Of a stretch of DNA of 57,966 nucleotides, positions 1 through 10,853 are shown one piece after another. The stretch lies in assembly GCA_964447495.1 (NCBI GenBank), contig CAYUTF010000014.1, forward strand, positions 1 through 57,966, in the 5' to 3' direction. The translations under genes and the position numbers were made by a program. The stretch comes from an uncultured archaeon. GTDB taxonomy: Archaea > Asgardarchaeota > Lokiarchaeia > Sigyniarchaeales > SOKP01. Position 1 is the first letter of the stretch. Every line of letters begins with the position of its first letter. Under the pieces are notes generated by a model, which was given only the letters and a program-made list of their open reading frames with translations, had not been told where the DNA came from and searched no databases.

Positions 1-147
1 ATTTCTTACTTGCTTGCTAGACTTTCACTTCAAATATTAAAAGGTTCTATTGCTTGTTAGTATTTATGAACAATAACCGTTTCGCGAAGATTCATATTCT
101 CTCAATATATATAGAGATATTATGCAGTATATTATGGTGAAGACGTA

Positions 148-933
148 TTAACCTTTAAACCTCTTTTGAAGTGTTTTTTTGTGTAATATAAAGGCAAGGA
201 AAAGAAAGCCAAATCCAAAAATCATCAAAAAACCAAAATCAATAAACAATCCTAAAGAACCAAATGCGCTCATTTTTCCAAGACCAATATTTAGAATATC
301 TAAGAAATATGTTAAAGGCGAGATAAACACATTTGGGGTTAATGTAATAGGCATAAATAATGGACTGATGAATATTAAGGGAAATTTAATTAAAATCGTC
401 AGAATCATAGTCGAGGCGGGTGTATCTGTTGGAGGTGCTGAAAGAATTAAGCTAAATGAAGAGAATGAAAATGCTGCCAAAACTATCCCAGGTATCAAGA
501 TCAATAAATTAATGCTTTTCCATAGCTCAAAGAACACTATGCCTAATAAGAGAGGAACTATGGAAAATATACATCCAAAGATGAATGAGCTCCAGACATT
601 TCCAAGGAGTATTGTTCTTATAGAAACGGGACAGGTTATTAATCGTTCCAGCGTTTTTTGTCTCGTTTCCCAGGGGAACACTACTGGACCAATAGAAGTC
701 GATGTTAAAAAAAGCACCATTGCCATTAAGCCTGAAATGATGTAAACTGGGATAATATGTCTTCCAACGGTAAATGCCAGAAAGAGCATAATTGGAAAGA
801 GAATCCCTTGGATGACCACTGGACCTTTATTATAATATATGCGTAAATCCTTCTTACTGATTGCGAAAGAGCGTTTAATTTGGATAGTAAAGTTTTCAAA
901 TTTAGTTTTTACTTCAAAAATCTCTTCTTTAAT
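148..933 (-). CDS. ABC-2 type transporter permease
   Basis: Multi-TM protein directly downstream of an ABC ATPase. The frame stays open upstream of the tracked GTG (819) through RSFAISKKDLRIYY, a typical ABC-2 N-terminus, to an ATT at 933 preceded by GGAGG; an in-frame TGA lies at 937-939. Confidence 0.85.
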   Translation of the reverse strand: MKEEIFEVKTKFENFTIQIKRSFAISKKDLRIYYNKGPVVIQGILFPIMLFLAFTVGRHIIPVYIISGLMAMVLFLTSTSIGPVVFPWETRQKTLERLITCPVSIRTILLGNVWSSFIFGCIFSIVPLLLGIVFFELWKSINLLILIPGIVLAAFSFSSFSLILSAPPTDTPASTMILTILIKFPLIFISPLFMPITLTPNVFISPLTYFLDILNIGLGKMSAFGSLGLFIDFGFLMIFGFGFLFLAFILHKKTLQKRFKG

Positions 934-1864
934 TGCTCATCCCTCCATTAATTGCGTTAATAAATACTTCTTCTAGTGATGGTTCTGGAGTATTGATCTT
1001 TTTAATCTTAATATTCTTTGATTTGGTAAGGTTAACTAACTGTTCAATCGCGTTATCTAAATCCTTGACGGTAATATGATAATAATCTTTTATTTTTTTG
1101 ACAGAATTAATCTCGGGTAATTGTTCAATTTCAGAAAGCGCAATATCTTTCGAAAGATGGAGAGTAATGGATTGGTATTCTTTTTCTATGGTTCGTAAAT
1201 TCTGAGGTGTATCCAGTTTTATGATTTTACCTTTATTGATTATTGCAATCCTATCACATAATTCATTTGCGATATCCATATTGTGGGTTGTTAAAAAGAT
1301 TGTTAAACCATTTTTATTATATTCTTTTATTAAATTTTTTATAATAATACTGGATTGTACATCTAAGCCAGAAGTAGGCTCATCTAAGAACAGAACCTTC
1401 GGTTCACTCATAAGCGCCATACATAACAGCAATCTCTGCTTCATTCCTTTCGAATATTTTTTTGCCAAGCTGTCTTTTCTCTCAAATAATTCAAATTTCT
1501 TAAGAAGATTCAAGGCTCTCTTTTTTCGTTGTTCTTTAGGAATGCTGTACAGTTCACCAATAAATTCAAGATTTTTTAATCCCGTTAAATCCATATAGAC
1601 ATTAGCCTCTTCTGGAACATTCCCAAGAATCTGTTTAATCAGAATCTGGTTTTTCCATATATTTTTTCCATAAATCTCTATAATACCTTGGGTGGGTTTC
1701 AATACTCCAGTCATCATTCGGATTGTGGTTGTTTTTCCCGCCCCATTGGGACCAAGAAATCCAAAAATTTCTCCTCCTTCTACAGAAAAGCTTACATCAT
1801 CAACAGCTTTAATTTCATCAAAATGTTTAGAGAGATTACTGACACGAATAACGCTTGAACTCAT
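929..1864 (-). CDS. ABC transporter ATP-binding protein (DrrA/CcmA-like)
   Basis: Walker A GPNGAGKT, signature YSKGMKQ, Walker B LFLDEP, H-loop TTH. Confidence 0.95.
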   Translation of the reverse strand: MSSSVIRVSNLSKHFDEIKAVDDVSFSVEGGEIFGFLGPNGAGKTTTIRMMTGVLKPTQGIIEIYGKNIWKNQILIKQILGNVPEEANVYMDLTGLKNLEFIGELYSIPKEQRKKRALNLLKKFELFERKDSLAKKYSKGMKQRLLLCMALMSEPKVLFLDEPTSGLDVQSSIIIKNLIKEYNKNGLTIFLTTHNMDIANELCDRIAIINKGKIIKLDTPQNLRTIEKEYQSITLHLSKDIALSEIEQLPEINSVKKIKDYYHITVKDLDNAIEQLVNLTKSKNIKIKKINTPEPSLEEVFINAINGGMSN

Positions 1865-2256
1865 TCATAGAACACCTCTTCTAAAATAATGTTTTAATAA
1901 TTTTAACTTTTTTCTATTCATTTGATTAGATTATATTTGTGCTATTCTTTATTTTCTTCTTCTATTTGAACATGCTTAATACACCATGAATTTTCCCAAC
2001 GGATTATTCTGGGTATTTGGAGCGCTTAATGATAGTATACGTCCCTAGCGAACTGAAAATTATAAATATTATAATATGGGTAAATGCGTTGCATCTCCAA
2101 ATATGGTCAAATACGGAAGAGACATATTCTTAGATAAGGCAAAAACCGCCAGAATAAACACGTAATTAAAATTAATTTTTTACAATTCTTTTTTTAATTC
2201 CAACGGGAATGAAACTAATTAACTTTATTTAAGTATGAAGTGAATATAAACTAATT

Positions 2257-3822
2257 ATGAATGAAATTCAAACCGAAGCTGAACGAGTAGTAGAATTTCG
2301 ATTATCAAAGAGGAAGTTTATTTTTAATTTGTTAAAGTTAATGCCCACAATGAGAAGGATTAGGAAAAGGGCTGAACAAATACTCCTTGAAACAGAACCA
2401 CAAAAGCTTAGAGCTGAAGTCCCAAACTCAGTTCAGATTCAGAAAGACCTAGAAGCTATATGTAAAGTTCCACACCGGAGAATTGGTACGGAATACGCTC
2501 ATGAGATTGAGGATTTTTTAGTAAATAAATGTAAAGAATTGGGATTGGAATCTGTTAAAAAGGAACCTGTGGACGTTATTAATTGGAGTGCTAAAAACTG
2601 GAAATTAACCATAACAACGGAAAGTGAGGAGATAGAAGTTCCAAGCTTTTACATGCTTAATTCTGGATTTACAGCGGAGGATGGTATAACTGCACCCTTG
2701 GTATATGTTGAAACGGGGGAAGAGAAAGATTTTAAGAAAAACGATGTCCGAGATAAGATTGTAGTCGCGGATATTGAATGTCCCAGCTTACCTTTAGGGA
2801 AATTATTAAAATTAACTAAGCTATTCTATTTATCGGATCCTTCAAAATCAATTGATGCTACCACTGAGCTCATCTTAACATTTGTATTAGCTAACTTACC
2901 TCCTCAAGCTTTAGGAGGAAAAAGACGAGAGGATTCGGTGTACTGGCGTGCGTATGATAGAGGTGCGTTGGGATTGGTATTAATTTTACGGGATTATCCC
3001 TCAAACATTAATAGCCATTGGGGTCCGTATGATGGGGTCATGAAACCGATTCCGGCATTATTTGTTGGGAAATATGATGGCATGAAGGTTCGGGAGATAC
3101 TAAGGGATGGAGGTGCTCAAAGTACATTAGTTTTGGAAGGATCTCAAGAACCAAGCGTTGCACATAATATTTGGGGTATTTTACCGGGAAATTCGGAGGA
3201 AATGATAATGATTTCAACTCATCATGATTCGGCTTTTAAGGGAGCCTCTGAGGATGGTACCGGAGTAGCGATGGTATTAGCTCAGCTAAGAGCATGGTCA
3301 AAAGTTCCGAAAGAAAAACGTCCAAGAACGCTGCTCTTTTGTTTAACAGTAGGGCATTTATATGGCGGGATAGGTGCTGAATCATTTGCCATTAAATATA
3401 AAGATACCCTATTAAAAAATGTACTTGTAGATTTAAACTTAGAGCATCTGTGTGCTAAAGAAGTTGAAGAAGATCCTATTAGTCATGATTTTAGACTAAC
3501 TAACAATTTATCTATCGGAGCTCTTTTTATCACCCGAAATGAACATCTTGTAGCCCCGGTTATTAAAGCCTGTAGAGATTATGATATTGAGAGGATGATG
3601 TTAATTCCTGATAATTTTTTCGCAACCCCTCCAATCGGAGAAGCGGGTCATTTTGCCATGAAAGCAGATTTAAACGTTATCCATTGGATTAGATCACCGT
3701 ATTATCTGTTGACATCAGAGGATACTCTTGACAAGATAGATATGGATAAACTCCATTCTACAGCACAATGTATATCTGATTTAATCGTTGATTTAATGTA
3801 TATCCCCAAAAGTTATTATTAA
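2257..3822 (+). CDS. M28 family metallopeptidase with PA domain
   Basis: HRRIGT N-terminal motif, PA-like segment, STHHDS, GASEDGTG and LNLEH metal-ligand motifs. Confidence 0.8.
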   Translation: MNEIQTEAERVVEFRLSKRKFIFNLLKLMPTMRRIRKRAEQILLETEPQKLRAEVPNSVQIQKDLEAICKVPHRRIGTEYAHEIEDFLVNKCKELGLESVKKEPVDVINWSAKNWKLTITTESEEIEVPSFYMLNSGFTAEDGITAPLVYVETGEEKDFKKNDVRDKIVVADIECPSLPLGKLLKLTKLFYLSDPSKSIDATTELILTFVLANLPPQALGGKRREDSVYWRAYDRGALGLVLILRDYPSNINSHWGPYDGVMKPIPALFVGKYDGMKVREILRDGGAQSTLVLEGSQEPSVAHNIWGILPGNSEEMIMISTHHDSAFKGASEDGTGVAMVLAQLRAWSKVPKEKRPRTLLFCLTVGHLYGGIGAESFAIKYKDTLLKNVLVDLNLEHLCAKEVEEDPISHDFRLTNNLSIGALFITRNEHLVAPVIKACRDYDIERMMLIPDNFFATPPIGEAGHFAMKADLNVIHWIRSPYYLLTSEDTLDKIDMDKLHSTAQCISDLIVDLMYIPKSYY

Positions 3823-4011
3823 ACTAATTTTCGCTTCAGAAATCTGGTAAGAATTCAGTATTAACTCTATATAAACAGTTATTATCGTATTGAGAATTAT
3901 AATTACATATTTATATTTGGGTTACTATATTAAAACATAGAAGCGCATCTAAGCGCGATAAGTTGTTCTTTAAGTTTTTCTAAAAACCGAAGTAGAATAC
4001 TAATATTTTAA

Positions 4012-4609
<598 letters not shown>

Positions 4610-4762
4610 ATATTATTCCGTTAATATAATTAGCATTGTGCTAATCTCGGAATTAATTCTTCAATAGTCATTTGAATGAGATGAAAAATGCAATCCATAA
4701 ATAATAATAGTAATACTAAATTATGAAATAGTATGAATTATTAAATGTTAATAAAGAGCACT

Positions 4763-5371
4763 ATGTCTGAGTATATAATAAGACCAATTGGTATCGTAAA
4801 GAGTAAAGCAGATAAGGAAGTCCTAAAATATTCAAACAAAGACATCAAATTAGATTTTGATGCTGCCGTAAGTCAAGGAACTGATTTGCAAAAATCTGAG
4901 ATTATAATAAATAAAGAATACGTAGACTGCTTAGATGGGATTGAAGAGTTTTCTCACATCGTTGTATTGTTCTGGACTAATAAAGTTCCTGATAATGCGC
5001 GCCAAATTAAAAAAGTACATCCAGCAGGATTAAAAGAAATGCCAATTAAGGGAATCTTTGCCACACGATCTCCTGTAAGACCAAATCCAATTTGTAAAAC
5101 AACTGTTAAACTAATTGAAAGAAAAGGGGCAACATTAATTGTGGAGGGATTAGATGCCATAGATAATACACCTGTGGTTGATATAAAGCCCCATATCCCG
5201 TTTTATGATTCCCCTCTAAATGTCAAATTAGCAGATTGGATGTATCATTTGATGCAGAATTTGAAGAAATTAACAAGTTCCCTAGAGTTAAACGAATCTT
5301 CAAACCCATATTCTATTGATATTCGCTTACATCCTTGTATAAGTCCCGAACAACAAAGAAGTGAACAATAA
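4763..5371 (+). CDS. tsaA: tRNA (N6-threonylcarbamoyladenosine(37)-N6)-methyltransferase TrmO/TsaA family
   Basis: IRPIGIVKS, GIFATRSPVRPNPI and GLDAIDNTPVVDIKP motifs; start could also be 4745. Confidence 0.9.
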   Translation: MSEYIIRPIGIVKSKADKEVLKYSNKDIKLDFDAAVSQGTDLQKSEIIINKEYVDCLDGIEEFSHIVVLFWTNKVPDNARQIKKVHPAGLKEMPIKGIFATRSPVRPNPICKTTVKLIERKGATLIVEGLDAIDNTPVVDIKPHIPFYDSPLNVKLADWMYHLMQNLKKLTSSLELNESSNPYSIDIRLHPCISPEQQRSEQ

Positions 5372-5399
5372 TTCTAAAATTTAAGAAAATATATATTTT

Positions 5400-5543
5400 C
5401 TAGTAAGAGTTATACTTTCTTAGGAAGAGATACTTTCTTTTTAATTTAAGAGTAATGATGTTTCCTAAGGAATCATTTAACTTCTTATCGGGATTATAAA
5501 TAGCATCAATTATATCTTCTTTTGTAATTCCTCTAATTCTCAT
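5400..5543 (-). pseudogene. Fragment of DUF4258-like toxin gene
   Basis: Manual translation MRIRGITKEDIIDAIYNPDKKLNDSLGNIITLK resembles the DUF4258 core but lacks the N-terminal HA motif and a normal C-terminus. Confidence 0.55.
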
Positions 5544-5856
5544 TCGGACTTAAAGCAAAAAAATTTCCTTATTTGAACAGGGTTTACCACAGAAAGGGAT
5601 TTATATTGAAAGAAAAGTGAATTCCCTTGGTATTTGCTATTGTGAATAGGAAAAATTTATAGGGGCAAGAACTATTTTAACTATTAGCCGATGATGAAAA
5701 GGCATTTGGGTGAGAACTTGACATGGACGTGTTAAAAGTTCAATGATATGGAGTTATACTTCTGAGGCGATTTTATTTTAGGGAAGGTTTTATCTGTTAC
5801 AGTCCCTAATTATAAAGGGAACATGGTTGATGAAGGTTTTAAAAAGTAAATTTTTA

Positions 5857-6993
5857 TTATTTTTTTTGAATACATCGAATTTTACCTTGAAGAATACTTC
5901 CCACACAACCATTACACGAAATGCATTCAGATTTTAATTCACCAATTCCTTTAAACCACTTATTTGGGAGATCTGGTTCTCTAATTAGTGGGCGACTGAG
6001 TGCGATAAAATCCACATATCCTTCTTTTAAGATATCTTCAATTACTTCTAATGATCTTAATCCTCCGACCAAGATTAAAGGTTTATTAATTACTGGCTTA
6101 ATTTCCTTAGCGTATGGTAAATGATATGCCTCTTTATTTTTAGATAATATATCAACGCGACTTTCTGGTAACATTGCCGGCATCCATCCTAGTTCTTCTT
6201 TACTCTTTAATGCCACTTCCCACATTCCTCCACTAATTTCGATGGCTGCAAACCCCATTTTTGAGAGGATCGATGCAATCTTCTTAGAATCATGTATATT
6301 GATTCCATCTTCTATATAATCAACAGCATTTATCTTAATCATAATTGGAAAATCTTTTCCAACTCGTTTTACAATTTCATTGTAAATTTCCTTTATAATT
6401 CTCGTCCTATTTTCAATCGATCCTCCATATTCATCTGTTCTTTTATTTGTATGGGGAGATAAAAATTCACTTAAGAGATAACCATGAGCTGCATGGAGTT
6501 GAATCGCATCAAAACCCGCTTCCTTTCCTCTTCTTGTAGCTTCTGCAAAAGCTATTATAGTTTCCTTTATTTCATCGATTGTCATTTTGCGGGGCATATT
6601 GTTGCTCATAGGTTCTAGAATTGCAGATGGAGCAATAGGTTCTAGACCTATCGTCATTGATTGACGACCATTATGAGCAAGTTGTATAGCTGCTTTACAT
6701 CCATCTCCATTTTCATGAATGGTGTCAGCAATCCTTTTTAAACCTGGAATTAAATCATCTCTATCTATACCTAATTGATTTGGATATCCGTGTCCACTGG
6801 GGTGTACGTAAGAAAGTCCAGTCACAATTAATCCCACTCCACCTTTAGCCAATACTTTATAGAATTCGACAAGTTCATTATTAACATTACCATCTTCTGA
6901 AGCCATGCGGGTAAATGTTGCTGATCTCACTAGCCTGTTTTTAATTAAGATATTCCCAATTTCTTTAGGTTCCTTAATTAGGAGTTTAGACAA
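5857..6993 (-). CDS. NADH:flavin oxidoreductase, Old Yellow Enzyme family
   Basis: KNRLVRSAT, QLAHNGRQ, HAAHGYLLSEFLSP, NKRTDEYGGS, C-terminal CISCNGC...C. Confidence 0.95.
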   Translation of the reverse strand: MSKLLIKEPKEIGNILIKNRLVRSATFTRMASEDGNVNNELVEFYKVLAKGGVGLIVTGLSYVHPSGHGYPNQLGIDRDDLIPGLKRIADTIHENGDGCKAAIQLAHNGRQSMTIGLEPIAPSAILEPMSNNMPRKMTIDEIKETIIAFAEATRRGKEAGFDAIQLHAAHGYLLSEFLSPHTNKRTDEYGGSIENRTRIIKEIYNEIVKRVGKDFPIMIKINAVDYIEDGINIHDSKKIASILSKMGFAAIEISGGMWEVALKSKEELGWMPAMLPESRVDILSKNKEAYHLPYAKEIKPVINKPLILVGGLRSLEVIEDILKEGYVDFIALSRPLIREPDLPNKWFKGIGELKSECISCNGCVGSILQGKIRCIQKK

Positions 6994-7204
6994 TTAAGAT
7001 AACCTCATTATCCTTTAAAAAATAAATTTTAATTTTTTTTAAATATTAATCGATGTTAAACATTTTAACCTCATTGTATATAAAATTTAACAAGATATTT
7101 TTAAATATATTTATCATTCTTCGATTAGATTGGCTAAGTTTAGGAGAAATATATGATATTGAATAACTTTCTTTAAATACATCTTTTTCTGGCGCAGTTC
7201 CTAA

Positions 7205-7795
7205 TTATAAAGTGATTTGTCCTGGACTAAACACCGTTTGATTTGCGATTAACTGTTCAGGTACTCCAGCTCCAAGCATAAGGCAAGTTAATATATAGAA
7301 ACAATTCTTAACACCATCACCAGTTTTTGCTGAGGTTTCCATATAAAAGAGATTGAAAGCTCTAGTGAAATTATTAATTTCTCCTATAGAAACCGATCTC
7401 TGGTCAGCTAAATCGCTTTTACTACCTACCAACAATAGGGGTATTTCAAATTTTATATTTGTACGCACTTCTTCAATCCATTGAGGAAGATGCTCAAAAC
7501 TAGCATAATTTGTAACATCGTAAACTAAAACGGCTCCTAAAGATCCCTGATAATACATAGGTCTTATATGACCGAATCGTTCCTGTCCCCCCGTGTCCCA
7601 TAGTTGCAATTTACACGTAATTACGCCTTCAGTTGTTTCTATGGTTATAGTTTTAACATGGAAATCTACTCCAATGGTCATTTTATAATCTTCGGTAAAA
7701 ATACCTTTTGAAAATCTCCGAGATAGAGATGTTTTACCTACTCCTCCATCTCCTATAACAATCGACTTAAAAAGATAATCATACTCTTCAGACAT
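7205..7795 (-). CDS. Rab-like small GTPase
   Basis: G1 GDGGVGKT, G2 TIGVDF, G3 WDTGGQERF, G4 SKSD, G5 SAK; no C-terminal prenylation motif. Confidence 0.95.
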   Translation of the reverse strand: MSEEYDYLFKSIVIGDGGVGKTSLSRRFSKGIFTEDYKMTIGVDFHVKTITIETTEGVITCKLQLWDTGGQERFGHIRPMYYQGSLGAVLVYDVTNYASFEHLPQWIEEVRTNIKFEIPLLLVGSKSDLADQRSVSIGEINNFTRAFNLFYMETSAKTGDGVKNCFYILTCLMLGAGVPEQLIANQTVFSPGQITL

Positions 7796-7994
7796 TATAC
7801 ATCAACAATAGAGATTTCTTTTGTTTAATAAATTAAGTTTAGATAATATTGATTTATAATTTTTTATTTAAGAGATAATACTTATTTTTAAGTTCTACAA
7901 ATAGGATTCAATCTTTTAATCTCAGTTATTTTACGAAAAAAGAATGTCTTTATTTTTTCTAATCTTACTTCTTTTTTTTATTATGATCCCCAAG

Positions 7995-8306
7995 CTATAC
8001 TTCCTTAGGAAATGTTCTTAATTTTAGAATAGTTTCATCTCCCTTGGCCCAGTTCTTCAAATTAGCCAATCTTTCACCATGATCACCATGTTCTGGATGA
8101 TCGAATGCTTGTTGAAGCTCCGTACAGGGTAGATCTGGGCAAAAACCACAATGAAGATATCCTTTATTATAACAACATTTTGCTACCGCACATTCTCCAT
8201 AGAACATCTCGCCTTTACATGCTTGGCATCCCAAGCAGTTAACTTTTTCTTTCCATTCGCATATCCCACAATATGCTCCACACATACCTATTTGTTCCTT
8301 ATCCAT
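7995..8306 (-). CDS. DUF3795 family Cys-rich protein
   Basis: CGAYCGIC, CLGC, CAVAKCC and HCGFCPDLPC pattern. Confidence 0.8.
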   Translation of the reverse strand: MDKEQIGMCGAYCGICEWKEKVNCLGCQACKGEMFYGECAVAKCCYNKGYLHCGFCPDLPCTELQQAFDHPEHGDHGERLANLKNWAKGDETILKLRTFPKEV

Positions 8307-8449
8307 TAGTCAACAACACTTCTTTCAGTTAGTATTGGGTAGTATTTACTTCCATAATTATATTATTGATTTTTTAAAATCTATTTTTTGAGTACATTTA
8401 GCATTAATTCTTAAAATTTAACTTTAACGCTTAGAGAAAAGCTTATTAT

Positions 8450-9232
8450 TCACTGAAAATAAATTGTTTTAGGAGTAGTTCTTGTACGAATTGATTTGCT
8501 TAAATTTATAGCAAAAGACCATATATCCTCATCCCTGGATGTGTCTTTTTCTGCTAGTTTTAGTGATTTTTTAATCGCTTTAATTGTCGTAGCGCGAGTT
8601 ATCTGTTTGTTTGTTTTAGATTTTTGATTTAAATAGCTTTGAACACTTTCTTTCATTTGTTCTAATCCAATTTCAACAATAACAGCAGGTTTAACTTCTA
8701 CTGTTGTTGTTCTGGCATCATTTAACATTAATCTTGTTAGCGCTTCGAAAGCCGCTTCGACGTTCTCTCCCGTTTTAGTGCTAATTTCAATAAACCCATC
8801 AACTCCCCTTGATTTCGCAATTTTTATTCCTTCCGAACCAGATACTTCTCGGTTTTCTGCCATATCTGCTTTTCCCCCTACAACAATTATAGGAAATGTA
8901 TCCTCCTTTCTGATTTCTTTTTTTATTACTGTCAACCAATCATCTATATGAGCAATTGAAGAGTAATTTGTAATATCATACATAAAGATTCCCCCTCTTG
9001 CGCCTCTTACATAAGTGGGTAGTAAAAATCGGAATCTTTCTTCTCCACCAAAATCCCATATTTGTAACTTAACTTTTTGTTTATCCACAATTAGGCTTTT
9101 AACTTCAAAATCTACACCTATTGTCATTTTGGAGTCTGAAGCAAATAAATTTGTTACAAATCTCTGAGCAAGCGTCTCTTTTCCCACATCTGGGTCTCCA
9201 AATATTACAATTTTAAAAGTTGCATCGTACAT
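8450..9232 (-). CDS. Rab-like small GTPase with variant motifs and C-terminal extension
   Basis: GDPDVGKE, TIGVDF, WDFGGEERF, GKAD, STK; about 85 aa basic tail. Confidence 0.9.
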   Translation of the reverse strand: MYDATFKIVIFGDPDVGKETLAQRFVTNLFASDSKMTIGVDFEVKSLIVDKQKVKLQIWDFGGEERFRFLLPTYVRGARGGIFMYDITNYSSIAHIDDWLTVIKKEIRKEDTFPIIVVGGKADMAENREVSGSEGIKIAKSRGVDGFIEISTKTGENVEAAFEALTRLMLNDARTTTVEVKPAVIVEIGLEQMKESVQSYLNQKSKTNKQITRATTIKAIKKSLKLAEKDTSRDEDIWSFAINLSKSIRTRTTPKTIYFQ

Positions 9233-9575
9233 TCGTTCAAACTTCCTCCATGCTTATTCTTCCTGCTTAAAAATTTTTTATTTGGAACGGGACATGTTTT
9301 TTTGATTCGTTCACTGAATATTTACGAAAAAGATTCATAAATTCTTCGGTCATTTTTTTAACCCTTTTTTCTCTAATTGGAATAGTGCTCTGTAATTAAT
9401 ATTAAAAAACGAATATATATATTCTTGCTCAAAGAATATTCTTGTATGGAGGATATGTTTTACTTTCTAAATTTAGCAATTCCATTTATAAATTAAATGG
9501 TATATTAGAATTCTAATACTTTAGAAGTATTATCTGAAACCTTTTTTAATTCTTTTATGTTAAGATTTTTCTCAA

Positions 9576-9854
9576 CATTCTAGATTAAAAAAAAATTTAT
9601 ATTGCTTTAAAGCGTAATGAGTATTATAAATAGAATCCATATAACGTATTATGCAAAATGATCCTCAACGGGCAAAAATAAAATGTCCTGTATGTAGTAA
9701 AAAATTTATTCCTAAGTCGTTTCACATTGAAAAATTAATCATGGATACGAAAGAAAGTATTATAGGAACTAGGATAGTTCCAGAAAAAAATGCATTGGAT
9801 CAAACCGAAATTAAACCAATGAATATAGTACGTAAAGTGTGGGTTACTTTTTGC
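9576..9854 (+). repeat. Direct repeat copy 1 (promoter plus 5' end of Zn-ribbon/HEPN gene)
   Basis: Aligns by eye with 13449-13726, including the upstream non-coding sequence. Confidence 0.92.
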
Positions 9855-10574
9855 CCTATTTGTGGCTATACTTTAAGATTTATTGCGGAAATTGCTAAAA
9901 AAGAACTAATTGAAAAAGAAGGTAAAAGTCTCTTGTCATTTAATGAGTTTGGGACGCATTATTTCTATAATCTCTATAGTTTTCCGAAGCCATATATGGA
10001 TTATACAAACTATTTTGATGAGACTATCAAAGATATTATTTCTGACATCAAACAGTCATTAACTAATATTCATATTGAGAAATTAGGTTCCTTATCTCGT
10101 GGATTTTATACAGAAAAAGTTGATCCGTTCAAATCATTAATACGCTTTTACGCAAATTTAAAAGAGTACTGTGTTGCTAGCAATGATAATCCCAAGAAGG
10201 AGGATTTGGACCAAAAAGTTAATGAATCCCCCTTTCCTGACCAACTCGAAGATTTACTAAGAGAGACTCGTAAATTACGCAATAAAGTTGTTCATGAAAG
10301 TTATGATTTGAACCAAGATGATATAGAATTAATAAAGGGCGCTTTTAAGTCCTTCGTTTATTATTTAGTTTCAGTTGAATTAACCAAATTGAATTTGAAA
10401 AGCCGAATTGATAATATAGAAAATGGTATTATTAATAAGGAGAATGTGTTCTGGGCAATAAGGAGATTTCTGAGTGATGAAGTGGGCAAAATATTGGAAT
10501 TCCCAGATTATTCTAATAAGATTCTAAACCCATTATTGGAAGCTTTAAAATTTCCAAAAAAGTTTTATAGTTAA
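9651..10574 (+). CDS. Zn-ribbon plus putative HEPN domain protein
   Basis: CPVC...CPIC at the N-terminus; helical C-terminal half with LRNKVVH (RxxxxH) at 10278-10295. Confidence 0.6.
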   Translation: MQNDPQRAKIKCPVCSKKFIPKSFHIEKLIMDTKESIIGTRIVPEKNALDQTEIKPMNIVRKVWVTFCPICGYTLRFIAEIAKKELIEKEGKSLLSFNEFGTHYFYNLYSFPKPYMDYTNYFDETIKDIISDIKQSLTNIHIEKLGSLSRGFYTEKVDPFKSLIRFYANLKEYCVASNDNPKKEDLDQKVNESPFPDQLEDLLRETRKLRNKVVHESYDLNQDDIELIKGAFKSFVYYLVSVELTKLNLKSRIDNIENGIINKENVFWAIRRFLSDEVGKILEFPDYSNKILNPLLEALKFPKKFYS

Positions 10575-10853
10575 TTATCTTCAAAATTAACCCGATGATA
10601 GATCATATATAATATTCATCTTCTAATTCATGAGAATTCCTAAAACATTCGATTCAATGTGTTGAATTTATAAGGTATACGAGATATGAAAACTAGAATG
10701 AGAACCATACGAGTTGTTATCTTTCTCTTCCGTCCCATTGCAAAACTTATAATTGTTCGCTCGTCTCCTTACAGATAGATATCTATCAGAATAAAAGATG
10801 TGTATAACAACAATAATAATAATAAATAATATAAAATAAAAAAGAAAAAGTAA

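Noticed and set aside
179-1889. Antisense ORFs opposite the ABC genes (and similar shadows at 22080, 23276, 32024, 37932, 42710, 49994, 51373 etc.)
   Set aside because: They overlap well-supported genes on the other strand and have no motifs of their own.
10774-10787. 14-bp palindrome GATAGATATCTATC between convergent genes
   Set aside because: Low complexity, single occurrence, not in a promoter position.
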